Shown one piece after another: positions 20,181-31,200 of a DNA stretch of 64,000 nucleotides. The DNA is taken from positions 62,001 through 126,000 of IMG/VR virus record IMGVR_UViG_3300025121_000011; one strand, given 5' to 3'. How positions within the stretch are numbered: position 1 is the stretch's first letter; every line of letters begins with the position of its first letter. The translations under genes and the position numbers were made by a program. Under the pieces are notes generated by a model that had not been told where the DNA came from, did no database searches, and was given only the letters and a program-made list of their open reading frames with translations.

Positions 20181-21618
20181 GATTCAAAAGAAGTATCCTG
20201 GGATTAAATTTGGCAGCCATGAGGATGCTAGAGATTTTGTGAATATTCATAATATCTTAGAAGCAGCCTTTGGTAGAGTAGATGCAGAAATTTTATCAGC
20301 TGCTTACTTAGAACGAAAAGAGCAAGACTTAAAAACTCCTAATGATTATTATTATTTAGTAACGAAAGCAATTTTAAAATTTAGTAACTTTAAAAAAGTA
20401 GCATATCCAATGGGAATGGGAACCTTATCTGAACCGTATTTAGTAAAATCTGATTTAGAGCAATGGGTCGGTTTAGTCCATAAGATATATCAAGCTGTTC
20501 AGTCAGGAAAGATGTCTTTTCATCAAGCACTAGATTATTATGCGAGTCTATTAGACAACAAAGATGATCAGCGCTTTAGATTCAAGAAATGGCTACTTTA
20601 CTATAAGAATGGAGAACATGAAAAGTATTCTGAGGAGGGAGCAGTAATTATGAAGAAACAATCTGATTTTCAATTTGGACTAAATTCTGTACCATATGAT
20701 AGATCTCCTGTTGTATTAGATGAGTCTGTTCAAAAGCAATTAAATGATTTAAAAGAATTTACTAAGAAAGAAGAAGATTTTGTCGCATGGAAGGCTCGGA
20801 TTAATGGAGCAATTAGACGCATAGACAAACTTCTTAGAGACGATCAGCATCTTAATCCCGAAGAACAGGCTGATTTAGCGGATATGCTGCATGCCTTTGA
20901 TCTTCAAATGCGTAGAGTGAGGCTGCAATCTATGGCTAGTGATATTGCATTTAGAACAGCAGGAAACTTTAAAAAGGTTGGATATTCCAAAGCATCAGAA
21001 ATTCTCACTGCTATCGCACAGGATCTTTCAGAACCCATTCCAGAGGCTCCGGTGGCGCCAGAATCCAGGCCCCCTGCGGCTATTCCTGGTGCTCCTGAAG
21101 GCGCTGGCCAGGGTGCAGAGTCTCCCGGAGCATCAGAGGCAATAGGGAGAGCCCTGGAGGCTGGCGAAGGTAATGAAAAAAGTCCGGGTATTTTGGTTGA
21201 GCCAAAAAAAACTCCCGGAATCAGAGGCGACTTAGCACAAGCTGCCACAAAATTAGAAGACGTGGCAGCGAGATTAGCAGATCGTAGAACGATTCGCCAA
21301 TTAGCAGAGTTTGATATAATATTAGATCAACTTGGATTGGCATCTTTATTCCCAGAGTTAATGGAAGCTCAAAGTAAGTTAATTGATGCATATTCTTATG
21401 CTATGGTTCGTGTCACAAAAATGTTGGGAATGTTATCTTCAGGTAGAAGCATGTCGGAAATTTCCGAAGCTAAGAAAACTGATATTTCTAATAAAGCAAT
21501 TAAAGAAGTAAATAAGACTATGTCTCAAGGTGAAGAACCTATTGATAACGGAAAAGGGCAGGGCGCCATTAATCAAGAGTTTTCTCAAGAAGTTACACCT
21601 CCTAAAAATATTGTATAA
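20152..21618 (+). CDS. putative internal head protein (carries the 20-aa tag; possible internal start at 20650)
   Basis: KKVA and KKQS sites; AFRTAGNFKKVGYSKASEIL motif; Pro/Ala/Gly linker. Confidence 0.55.
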   Translation: MKDLNKDIHRIQKKYPGIKFGSHEDARDFVNIHNILEAAFGRVDAEILSAAYLERKEQDLKTPNDYYYLVTKAILKFSNFKKVAYPMGMGTLSEPYLVKSDLEQWVGLVHKIYQAVQSGKMSFHQALDYYASLLDNKDDQRFRFKKWLLYYKNGEHEKYSEEGAVIMKKQSDFQFGLNSVPYDRSPVVLDESVQKQLNDLKEFTKKEEDFVAWKARINGAIRRIDKLLRDDQHLNPEEQADLADMLHAFDLQMRRVRLQSMASDIAFRTAGNFKKVGYSKASEILTAIAQDLSEPIPEAPVAPESRPPAAIPGAPEGAGQGAESPGASEAIGRALEAGEGNEKSPGILVEPKKTPGIRGDLAQAATKLEDVAARLADRRTIRQLAEFDIILDQLGLASLFPELMEAQSKLIDAYSYAMVRVTKMLGMLSSGRSMSEISEAKKTDISNKAIKEVNKTMSQGEEPIDNGKGQGAINQEFSQEVTPPKNIV

Positions 21619-21630
21619 GGAGTCTAAGTT

Positions 21631-22386
21631 ATGGATATTAATGAAGCATTAAAGCTTATTGCTAAAGTTGCCGAACATAATTTAATAGATAAGCCTTATA
21701 TAGTTGGTGGAGTACCTAGAGATGTTTATCTTAATGAAAAGGTTCAAACTACAGATATAGATTTAACAACTAATTCTCCGGATGTTTTACGACTCGGTAT
21801 ATTAATGGCTGATATTTTAAATGTTACATTTGAATTATCTGATGATGGACACGTTACCGTTTTTACAGAATCTTATGATATGGATTTCTCTAGTAATTTT
21901 GAATCTCTAAGAGTTATTGAACATTTGGATGTTGATAAAAAACATTTAGCAGAGGTATATAGTCGAGACTTTACAATTAATACTTTACATCAGGATTTGC
22001 TTACTAGAGAAATTATAGATCCAATTGGTACGGCTTTTGAAGATATTAAAAATAGAATAATTAAAACTCCAGTTCCCGCTGAAATCACGTTATCAGATGA
22101 TCCTCGTAGAATATATCGAGCTATTAATTTGGCAGTACGATATGATTTTGAAATCTCCAAAGATATAGAAGATTTTGTTTTAAAAAATGCACATTTATTT
22201 ACTTCGGAAAATATTAAAGATAAATATATTACAGTTAAACTAGCAAAAGCTTTAAAAATTAATCCAGATAAAACAATTAAACTTTTAAAGAAATTTAATT
22301 TATTTAAAAATGTACCATTAGTTGGTGAATTTAAAAATATTTTAATTCAAAATAAATTATTGGCGGAGTATTTGCAAGATGCCTGA
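21631..22386 (+). CDS. class II tRNA nucleotidyltransferase / poly(A) polymerase family protein
   Basis: YIVGGVPRD, DIDL, SRDFTIN, DDPRRIYRA. Confidence 0.88.
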   Translation: MDINEALKLIAKVAEHNLIDKPYIVGGVPRDVYLNEKVQTTDIDLTTNSPDVLRLGILMADILNVTFELSDDGHVTVFTESYDMDFSSNFESLRVIEHLDVDKKHLAEVYSRDFTINTLHQDLLTREIIDPIGTAFEDIKNRIIKTPVPAEITLSDDPRRIYRAINLAVRYDFEISKDIEDFVLKNAHLFTSENIKDKYITVKLAKALKINPDKTIKLLKKFNLFKNVPLVGEFKNILIQNKLLAEYLQDA

Positions 22387-23314
22387 TTCAGTTAAAAATC
22401 CATTTATAGCATATAGTTGGCCAGAGTATGAATCTCAAGGGCCTTCTTATAAAATTTTATCTGATTGGTGGAAGCAAAATGCAATTAATCTACCCGGAGA
22501 GTTTGATTCAAGTTATCAATCTTGGACTAAATGGTATCGAGAAAAATATAATACTTCTTGGGGTCATCAACATATGAACCCAGAAGACGTGCTAAAAATA
22601 TTAAAAGAATCAGTTCCAGAAGTTAATAATAGTATTATGAAAAATATTCAACATCGAACACAAAGATTGTTGAATATTAAAAAAGATGATGAAGCAAAAC
22701 CAGATTTATCAAATCCTATAAAATTTGGTCCAAGTAATTATAAGGGTCTTGTAGGAGTTAAACTTGGAGCAGATGTTGATGGAACATCAGAAGCTGTAAA
22801 ATCTTTTTTAGCCACTCTTGGTAAGTTAGCCAAAACAAAGGGTTATCAAAAACCATTTGTTACTAGCGGACATCGTTCTACTCGTGGACAAATTAGAGCT
22901 ATGGCTAATAATTGGAATAAGAATGGTGCAAATAAAGTTGTTACTGATGATGTCGCAAAACGATCGGCTAAAAATGAAAATACTATTAATAGAATTAGAA
23001 ATTTAACTCAAGCGCCAATTAATCTTGGACTTATATATCTTTTTGAATTATATCAAGATAAAGAAATGGTAATTCATATTAATGAAATTTTTGTGGAATT
23101 AGGTACAAATAGGCAAGGACTTAAAGCTGCATCAGAATATTGGGATGCAATGGGTAGACAGTCTAGTGCGCATCTTAGAACGCCAGCAGAAGCTGTAGAT
23201 TTAAGACAAACTGATGGAATTTTAGAACTTTTAAACTTAATCAAAGATAGTGGCAGATTTAATATGAAATTGATTTCAGAATCAGATCACTATCACGTTA
23301 GAATTTATAGCTAA
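22379..23314 (+). CDS. M15 (hedgehog/DD-peptidase fold) zinc peptidase, putative
   Basis: VTSGHRS..Q, SAH..AVDL, E.DHYHV. Confidence 0.6.
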   Translation: MPDSVKNPFIAYSWPEYESQGPSYKILSDWWKQNAINLPGEFDSSYQSWTKWYREKYNTSWGHQHMNPEDVLKILKESVPEVNNSIMKNIQHRTQRLLNIKKDDEAKPDLSNPIKFGPSNYKGLVGVKLGADVDGTSEAVKSFLATLGKLAKTKGYQKPFVTSGHRSTRGQIRAMANNWNKNGANKVVTDDVAKRSAKNENTINRIRNLTQAPINLGLIYLFELYQDKEMVIHINEIFVELGTNRQGLKAASEYWDAMGRQSSAHLRTPAEAVDLRQTDGILELLNLIKDSGRFNMKLISESDHYHVRIYS

Positions 23315-23337
23315 TTGCTAATATTTATTATTAAAGC

Positions 23338-23622
23338 ATGGAGTATAATGTGCCAGGAGATCACGATTTTATTGATTTTTTAAATCAAACAAAAGCTGAA
23401 GATGACGACTATACGGATCAGGAAGAATCTGAGGATGAAGAATCTGAGGATAAGTCTGAAGGATTTTCTGTTAATATTCCTTTAAATGGTAGTCCATTAT
23501 ATCCTCGGATATATACGGGAGATTCAGCTAAACCACTTTCCACTGGATTATTTCCAGTATCAGAAGTTGGAGATGATAATATCAATAGTACTTGGAATGG
23601 AATTATGAGTTTTTACGGTTAA
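23338..23622 (+). CDS. acidic hypothetical protein
   Basis: ORF after TGCTAATA. Confidence 0.55.
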   Translation: MEYNVPGDHDFIDFLNQTKAEDDDYTDQEESEDEESEDKSEGFSVNIPLNGSPLYPRIYTGDSAKPLSTGLFPVSEVGDDNINSTWNGIMSFYG

Positions 23623-23634
23623 GGAGATAATACA

Positions 23635-24765
23635 ATGGAGAAACTTAGTTTTTCAGTAACCTCATATATGGAGCCAATCCCAAATAACGCGGGATTTGTA
23701 CATCCTCCAGTAGAGGAAAATTTAGCAGAGGACGATTCAATGGTTGTCGAGTTTGTAGAAGAGGTCTCTATGCCAAAAGGTTTACCTATGCCTATACAAC
23801 AAGATGTAGAGCCACTAGTTATTACATTTGAAGAAGACACGGATTTAGATGATTATGAAAAAATTCTGCATGAAGTTATGGGGTATAGTGAAGGTGAAGA
23901 TGATCATGAAGATGAAGACGTTGATGAGAAAGATGCTTCTGAAAGCGATGCTCAAGATGGGGTTCAATATAATCTATTAGACACACCTGATGAATTTACC
24001 AGTGAAGAAAACGCTTGGAGTGCATCGGGTTCTGAATCATCTGAATCAAAAGGAAGATATATTCCCGGAGCAGATAGTGTATATATAGACGATGAACCAG
24101 AAGAGCCAAAAGAAGAGCCAAAAATTACCAATTGGAATGATGATAGAGATGTATCTCACTTTACTGATTATCTAAGGGATAGTTTAAATAATTATCCTAA
24201 GCATGATGGACATTCTATTTCAGGTTGTGAAAGAACTTATGCTTATATTAGTCGTTTAAATAATGAAATTTCTGAAGCAGTACGAAAAGATGTGAATCAA
24301 GAGCTTGATACTGATTTTCTAGAAAAAGCCAGAGTTAAAATGATGCAGGATATGAGAACCTTAAAAGAGCATATGGGGAAATTAAAAAAGAAATTAAAAA
24401 GTTCTACTGGTGAAGATAACTCCGTGGAATCTGCTATAATTGCATTAGGCAGAAGTGCATCCAACGAAATAGAAAAAGAAGCAACAGTTGCAAGACAACA
24501 AATGGTTATTACTCCATTTGAGAGGGCGATATCTGGTATATTAATAAATGCGGTTATATCTGCTGGCCATCCATTTGAAGATGTATATGATTTTCTGAAA
24601 GAAAAGTATAAGTTAGATGAGAGAGAAGAACTTGCTCTTATGCAAATGGTTATGGATGCCGGTTTCCCAATTTTTAAAGATAGAGGATCAATAGGGGTGA
24701 GCCCAGAAAAGGGTAAAGAAACCGAAAGACATGGTGTTGATTTTATCAAAACTTATTTTGGATAA
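23635..24765 (+). CDS. acidic putative head/core protein
   Basis: AAGGAG SD; IEKEA site. Confidence 0.6.
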   Translation: MEKLSFSVTSYMEPIPNNAGFVHPPVEENLAEDDSMVVEFVEEVSMPKGLPMPIQQDVEPLVITFEEDTDLDDYEKILHEVMGYSEGEDDHEDEDVDEKDASESDAQDGVQYNLLDTPDEFTSEENAWSASGSESSESKGRYIPGADSVYIDDEPEEPKEEPKITNWNDDRDVSHFTDYLRDSLNNYPKHDGHSISGCERTYAYISRLNNEISEAVRKDVNQELDTDFLEKARVKMMQDMRTLKEHMGKLKKKLKSSTGEDNSVESAIIALGRSASNEIEKEATVARQQMVITPFERAISGILINAVISAGHPFEDVYDFLKEKYKLDEREELALMQMVMDAGFPIFKDRGSIGVSPEKGKETERHGVDFIKTYFG

Positions 24766-24774
24766 GGAGAAGAT

Positions 24775-25353
24775 ATGAAGGTATCCAGACAAACAGATTT
24801 GCAAGAAACAAATAAAATTACATGTGATTGGCTGGATCAATTTGCTCGTGGGCTTGCCAAATCTGCAAATTTAGAATATTTAGATCCGGATAAAAAAGCA
24901 ACACTTGAAAATGCTTCTAAGTTTAGAACAATAGAAGCAAAGATGGAAGATATTAAAACTAGAATAGGTTTTGAAAAACTTATGTTTCATAATAAACAAG
25001 AAATAACTGCTACCTCCATAGAATTTAATAATGAAGTTAAAATTGCTAAAATTAAACATACTCCAGAAGATATAGCAGCTATGAAGCAAATTTTAGAGCA
25101 TATTGCAAAAATTATGGAACATGAGCCACATCTTGATGCAACTGCTATTATTAATCGATGTCGACAAGAAGATGGTTTGCGTTTTTTAGACCTCCCTATT
25201 GATGTTAATAAACTCCGTAGGGCAATTGATAAAAAATTATCAAAAGATGAAAGTGCTGAAATCGTAACTTACGTACCACCAGAACCAATTAATTCTGGTG
25301 AGGCAGAAGATACAAATGCAGATTATTATCGACATTCTGAGATCACAACCTAA
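24775..25353 (+). CDS. hypothetical virion protein
   Basis: AAGGAG SD; LAKSA and VKIA sites. Confidence 0.6.
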   Translation: MKVSRQTDLQETNKITCDWLDQFARGLAKSANLEYLDPDKKATLENASKFRTIEAKMEDIKTRIGFEKLMFHNKQEITATSIEFNNEVKIAKIKHTPEDIAAMKQILEHIAKIMEHEPHLDATAIINRCRQEDGLRFLDLPIDVNKLRRAIDKKLSKDESAEIVTYVPPEPINSGEAEDTNADYYRHSEITT

Positions 25354-25365
25354 TGTGGGTGATGG

Positions 25366-28239
25366 ATGTCAAAATATCAACAAGATTTAATTAAAAGTGA
25401 AGAAGAATTATTTAGTCAAATACGTTCTAGTTTTTTAGACTATGATCCTGCTCATTTTGTGGAAAACAATTTAACTATTGATGGCCAGTCTTTTAAAATC
25501 ATTGGTAATGGCTGGAAATTTATGGCAGACATTTATCGATATATTGCTCTGCAAGCTACAACCGGCACAGGAAAACCGGTTGTATTATGTAAAGGTCGTC
25601 AGATCGGCGCCACTATGATGGCTGGTGCATTAGATTTATATTTGACAAATAGTGGATTATTTTCTAATCCACCAATTCGAGTTCTACACGCCTTTCCTTC
25701 TTTAGCTATGGTTAAAAAGTTTACTCAAGATAAATTAGAGGGTATGGTTAGAACGGCTAAAGATGATTTTATTAATAAAAATAAATTACATTCTACCAAT
25801 GCAGTAGATAATTTAACTATGAAGCAGTTTAATACTGGCACTATTTGGGTTGATAGTTTGGGTAGAGATGCAGACAGAATAAGAGGTATGACAACAGATG
25901 CTATCTTTTTTGATGAATGTTTTCCATACAACCAAAATATAGAAATAGAAGGTGGAAAAAAAATATTTATAGGCAAAATTTATGATATGTATAAAAATAA
26001 TAAAACTTTGCCAAAAATAAAATCTTTTAATGAATCAAGTCAATTATTTGAATATAAAAGCGTAATAAATGCTTGGAATAGAGGGGAAAAAGAATTAATA
26101 GAAGTAGTCTGTAATAGAAGAAAAATTAAATGTACTGAAAATCATTTATTTTTAACAGATTCTGGATGGAAAAAAGCTAAAGAATTAACATCTAATGATT
26201 TATTGGTTTCATCTTTTGGCGGAGGACAAATGTCTTATGCCCTTGGAGATGAACAACATCAGGTTGTGTTAGGATCTTTTCTCGGAAATGGTCATTTAGA
26301 TAATTATGCAAATAAAAAATATAGATTATCGGTAATTCATTCTGAAAAGCAAACAGCTTATTGCTCTTGGAAAGCATCTCTTTTTGATTCTAAATTAACA
26401 TTAGTTGAAGAAAATAGATATGCAAAAAATAAAGCTATCAAATTCACAACAAAGGGGTTTGGATTATCAAATAAGATTTCCTCTGAAAAAAAATATTGTC
26501 CTCCTTGGATTTTAAAAGATTTAACCGCCATTGGTATTGCCATATGGTATATGGACAAGGGATCTTCAAAATTTTGGAATAATGGTTCTTCTGAAAGCGG
26601 AAGTGGATCTTTATCAACCCATTCTTTTGATGAAAAAACTCAAGAAATGATAGTAGAAAAATTTAAAAATTTAGGAATTCAATGTCATTATAAATCTTAC
26701 AATCATGGCGGTTCTGATTTCTTTTTTATTTACTTTAAGAAAAATGAATTTGATAAATTATGTAAATTAATTGCACCATATATACATCCATCCATAGAAT
26801 ATAAAATTCTTAAAAAGTATAGAAGTGTTAAAAAGCACAACTGGAATGCTAATTATAAGGAATATAGATTTTTAAGTATTAATGATGTACATTATTTAAA
26901 TCAAAAAGAGATCGTTTATGATATAGAAGTTAAAGATAATCATAATTTTGTCGTTACATCTTCTAATCGGGCTAAAAATGCTGGAGGACCATTGGCCCAT
27001 AATTGTCAAGAAATGTATGGTTTAGCTATTGGCAATGCTACTAAAATTCTAACCGCAGCAAAATATGGTCCGGTTGGTAAAGGTGTGCAAGTTTATTTTG
27101 GAACGCCAAAGGAGCGAAGTTCTTTTTTCCATTCCATATGGGAGTTATCAGACCAACGATATTATCATTTGGGATGTACTAACTGCAAGCAAACATTTCC
27201 ATTTTATCTTTCTGGCGATGATAGATGGAAGCACATTTGGGTAGATGGCTTTATTATACAATGCCCACTTTGTGGACATAGGCAACATAAAATAGAAGCA
27301 ATTGAAAATGGAGCATGGGTTCCAACAAAAGATCCAGAAACCGCTAAATATGTTGGATATCATATTAATCAATTATATTTACCACAATTTCCTAAGCAAA
27401 ATATTTTAGATTTAATGCCGGAAAATAATCCTACACAATCAATGAGAGTCTGGAACAACGAAGTAATTGGTGAATTTTATTCTGGTGCTGGTTTACCTTT
27501 AACTAAAGCTGATATTTATGAACACTGTAGAGATGCAGATCGATGCATGGCACGCAGAATAGACTCAAGAGAAAAGAAAACATATCTCGGAGTGGATTGG
27601 GGTGGAAAGGTGGAAAATGATAATATTGATAGAGGTCAATCATTTTCTTGTATTGTTGTATTATCTGCACAACATGATGGAACATTGCTTGTGGAACATA
27701 CACATAAAATTGGTGAACACGGATTTCGTCATAAAATTGCTACTATTAAAGAATGTTATCGTAGATTTGGTATCATACAAGGAGTGTCAGATCATTTTTA
27801 TGGTAATGATGTAGTATCTGATTTACAATTACTTTATCATAGTAAATTTTTAGGAGCACAAGGAAGCGGAAGTTTAGTTAAACCACTTAAATATCGTGAA
27901 GATGAATTAATTATTGGTTATAATAAAGATTTATTAATCGATGAAATTTTTGATAAATTCAGAAAAGGTAAGATTAGATTTCCATGGGGAAGTTATGAGC
28001 ACATAGAATGGCTTATAGATCATTGTACTTCTATGGAAATGGGTGTAAGAATGTCTGGTGGACAACAGATTAAAACTTATAAAAAGGGTAGCATACCAAA
28101 TGATGGATTGATGGCTCTGCTATATGCTTATATAGCTTGGAAATTTGATATCACTCATGGTTTTTCAATTAAACCAGGAATAGATACACAACCAACCATG
28201 ATAAGGCCGTTTTTAGTCCACTTGCCGAGACTTAAATAA
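25366..28239 (+). CDS. terL: terminase large subunit (gpA-like) with intein
   Basis: Walker A KGRQIGAT, Walker B IFFDE, GTP motif III, CxxC..CxxC, nuclease LGVDWG. Confidence 0.92.
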   Translation: MSKYQQDLIKSEEELFSQIRSSFLDYDPAHFVENNLTIDGQSFKIIGNGWKFMADIYRYIALQATTGTGKPVVLCKGRQIGATMMAGALDLYLTNSGLFSNPPIRVLHAFPSLAMVKKFTQDKLEGMVRTAKDDFINKNKLHSTNAVDNLTMKQFNTGTIWVDSLGRDADRIRGMTTDAIFFDECFPYNQNIEIEGGKKIFIGKIYDMYKNNKTLPKIKSFNESSQLFEYKSVINAWNRGEKELIEVVCNRRKIKCTENHLFLTDSGWKKAKELTSNDLLVSSFGGGQMSYALGDEQHQVVLGSFLGNGHLDNYANKKYRLSVIHSEKQTAYCSWKASLFDSKLTLVEENRYAKNKAIKFTTKGFGLSNKISSEKKYCPPWILKDLTAIGIAIWYMDKGSSKFWNNGSSESGSGSLSTHSFDEKTQEMIVEKFKNLGIQCHYKSYNHGGSDFFFIYFKKNEFDKLCKLIAPYIHPSIEYKILKKYRSVKKHNWNANYKEYRFLSINDVHYLNQKEIVYDIEVKDNHNFVVTSSNRAKNAGGPLAHNCQEMYGLAIGNATKILTAAKYGPVGKGVQVYFGTPKERSSFFHSIWELSDQRYYHLGCTNCKQTFPFYLSGDDRWKHIWVDGFIIQCPLCGHRQHKIEAIENGAWVPTKDPETAKYVGYHINQLYLPQFPKQNILDLMPENNPTQSMRVWNNEVIGEFYSGAGLPLTKADIYEHCRDADRCMARRIDSREKKTYLGVDWGGKVENDNIDRGQSFSCIVVLSAQHDGTLLVEHTHKIGEHGFRHKIATIKECYRRFGIIQGVSDHFYGNDVVSDLQLLYHSKFLGAQGSGSLVKPLKYREDELIIGYNKDLLIDEIFDKFRKGKIRFPWGSYEHIEWLIDHCTSMEMGVRMSGGQQIKTYKKGSIPNDGLMALLYAYIAWKFDITHGFSIKPGIDTQPTMIRPFLVHLPRLK
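25918..27003 (+). mobile_element. LAGLIDADG intein in terminase (362 aa), endonuclease probably inactive
   Basis: DE|CFPY...CTENHLF...VYDIEV..HNF...AHN|C; motifs GSFLGNG and WYMDKG. Confidence 0.92.
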
Positions 28240-28248
28240 GGAGATTAA

Positions 28249-31200
28249 ATGAATAGACGAGGAGCGAGAACGCCAAATTCTAATATTTCTAAAGAAAACG
28301 AACCTGTAACTCAAGATACTTTACGTAAATTAAGTGATCTTAGACGAGCAGAGGTGCATCAATCCTTGAGTCGAGAAGAAAAGACGGATGCAGAAAGTAA
28401 TTTTATGCATTCTGCTGTAGCCCATAGTCCTAATTTTAGAAAGACTGCCACTGCAAGTGCTTCAGTTCTTCCAACTACCACGAGCATGTCAGATCGAATG
28501 GCGCCTGATTTATATTCTCCTTTGTTTCAATTGGCGAATTTAAATCTTCCTCGTGATCGTGTTACAATGAATGCGTGGAATAGAATTTTTTATGATACAC
28601 ATCCAATCGTTAGAAATGCAATCAACCTGCATTCATCATATCCTATTTCTAAAATCAATATTACATGTAAAAGTAAAGAGATTCAAGAGTTCTTTTTAGA
28701 AATGGCCGATAGAATAGATTTATATTCTGTTGTGTATGGTGCCTCATTGGAATTTTGGAAAAATGGTGAGTCTTTTCCTTATGCAGAATTAGATAGAAAT
28801 GCTGGTATATGGAAAAGAATCACGATTTTAAATCCTGATTATATTCATGTTAAAAAACCAGCAATAGGCGATCAGACTATAATATCATTAAGGCCAGACG
28901 CTTCTTTACAGCGACTTGTAAACTCCAGCAATCCATCTGATATTCAAATGAAGCATAGAGTACCTAAATATATTTTAGATTATGTTAAAAAAGGACAAAA
29001 TATTCCTTTGGATAATTTAAACATATCGCACCTTAAATTGCTTAGCTCTCCATATGATATTCGTGGAACTTCAATTATAGTATCAGTATATAAAGATTTG
29101 ATGCTTTATGATAAATTGAGGGAATGCTATGATAATCAAACAGAAATTGCAACTTCAGAAGGCTTCAAAAAATACTCAGATGTTATTTATACAGATGATA
29201 ATGGCTGTCATTATTTAAAAGAGAATTTAAAAATTCTTTGTTATAATTCAGAAACAAAAGAGGCTGAATATCATCAACCAACCAATACAATTCTTAAGCC
29301 ATACAATGGAAAAATGTTTCATTTTTCTGGAGAAAAGATTGATGTATGTGTAACTCCAAACCACAGAATGTATGCATCTAAAAAAACAAGTAGAGGCTGG
29401 AACCAATATAAAATTATCAAAGCAGAAGATATGAGTAAAGGATCTTTTTATAGATTTCAAAGCAAAACCGATTTTTCCTCTTCCTGTTTTAAAAATATCA
29501 ACTTTGTTGATATAGGCGATAACACTATTGATATTGATACATATCTAAAATTTGCCGGGTACGTGGTTAGTGAGGGATGCATATATTCCAAATTAAGAGG
29601 AGGTTTGGGATCGATATGGCGCGATAATAAAGTTCTTATTTCTCAGCAACCTACTTCTGATTGTTATGAAGATATAAAATATACTTTTGAAAAGGTAGCC
29701 GATATAATTGGAAGGAAGTTAACTAGCAGTATAGTGATGCAAAAAAGTGGATTTTCATCCACAAATCCGCAGGATATTTGGAAAGCAAGTATCGCAGACA
29801 AAGAACTCACCCTGCATTGTATTGAAGAATTTAGTGTAGATGGCAAGACAGATTCTTATAATAAGAAGATTCCTCGATGGATCTTAAACCTTCCTCCGGA
29901 AAAACAGAAGATAATGCTCGATGCGCTCATAGCTGGTGATGGTTCTGTAGTTCCAAGTAAGTATAAAAATGGAGCAATAGGATATCGTTATAATACAGTA
30001 TCTAGACAACTTGCAGATGATATTTATGAAATGGCCTATAAATGTGGATTCACGCCTAATATAAATATTACAACGCGTCCTGATAGAGATTTTGAAGAAT
30101 ATACTGTTCTATGGTCAGATGGAAATTATGGCGATACTCCATTAGTATATGGCAATCCGAATCACGGTGGAGCAAATATTAATGAAGTTGATTATGATGG
30201 AGACGTCTGGTGCTTTGAAGTACCTACCGGATTATTTGTCACCAGAAGAAATGGTAAAGTAACTATTCAAGGTAATAGTAAGTTTGCTCAAGCTGATGGA
30301 ATGGTAAACCCCTTAACATTAGTTAAGCTTGGAGGCTCTAATGATTATCGTCCAACTCAAGCGGATATTGAAGCATTTAAAATTATATTAGAAGAAGCAC
30401 AATATGATAAAGATTTTAAAATCATTACTCATGATGGGGTCACAATAGAGCGAGCTGGATTCTCTGGTTCTGTATTGGACATAGCGGCAGATATAGAGTT
30501 AATAAATAATAATATTTATACTGGCTTAATGACACCTAAAGCTTTAATGGACCAAGAGGGTGTTTGTATGAGTGTAGATGATAATGAGATTCTAACTGAA
30601 CGTGGATGGCTTTATTATGATGATTTAATTTCTAATGACAAGATTGCTACAGTTGTTCCAGAAACTGGGGAGTTAAAGTTTCATAAGCCGACATTCACTA
30701 CAGATTTTGAATTTACAGGAATGATGTTTAGATTTAAAAATCAAGAAGTAGATATTGAAACTACTGATTTCCATGAAATGTTTCTTTCCAGAAATAATGG
30801 CGTAACCTTTAATAAAGAAAGAGCTTTGAGCATATTTGATATTAATGATATAAATTCTAATAAAGATTTCACTTCTAAACCTGAAGAAAGTGTTAGATTT
30901 AAAACAAGTATAGATTTATGGAAAGGAAAAGACGCACCAGAAGTTATTAAGACTCCTTGCAAAAATGGATATTCTAAAGAAATTTTAATAGGTGATTATT
31001 TGGAATATTTAGGATATTATTTATCAGACAATTATTTAAAATATAAAGATATAAAGTTTGAATTTTTTGCAGAAGATATTTTGTCTGGATACAAAGAAGG
31101 TATTGAAAAACATATACCAGAATCAGTGAAACAATTTTCAAAAGAAAATCTCGAAATACTTTTGAAAGCCTTGGTTTTGAAAAATAGTACAAAAGAGATA

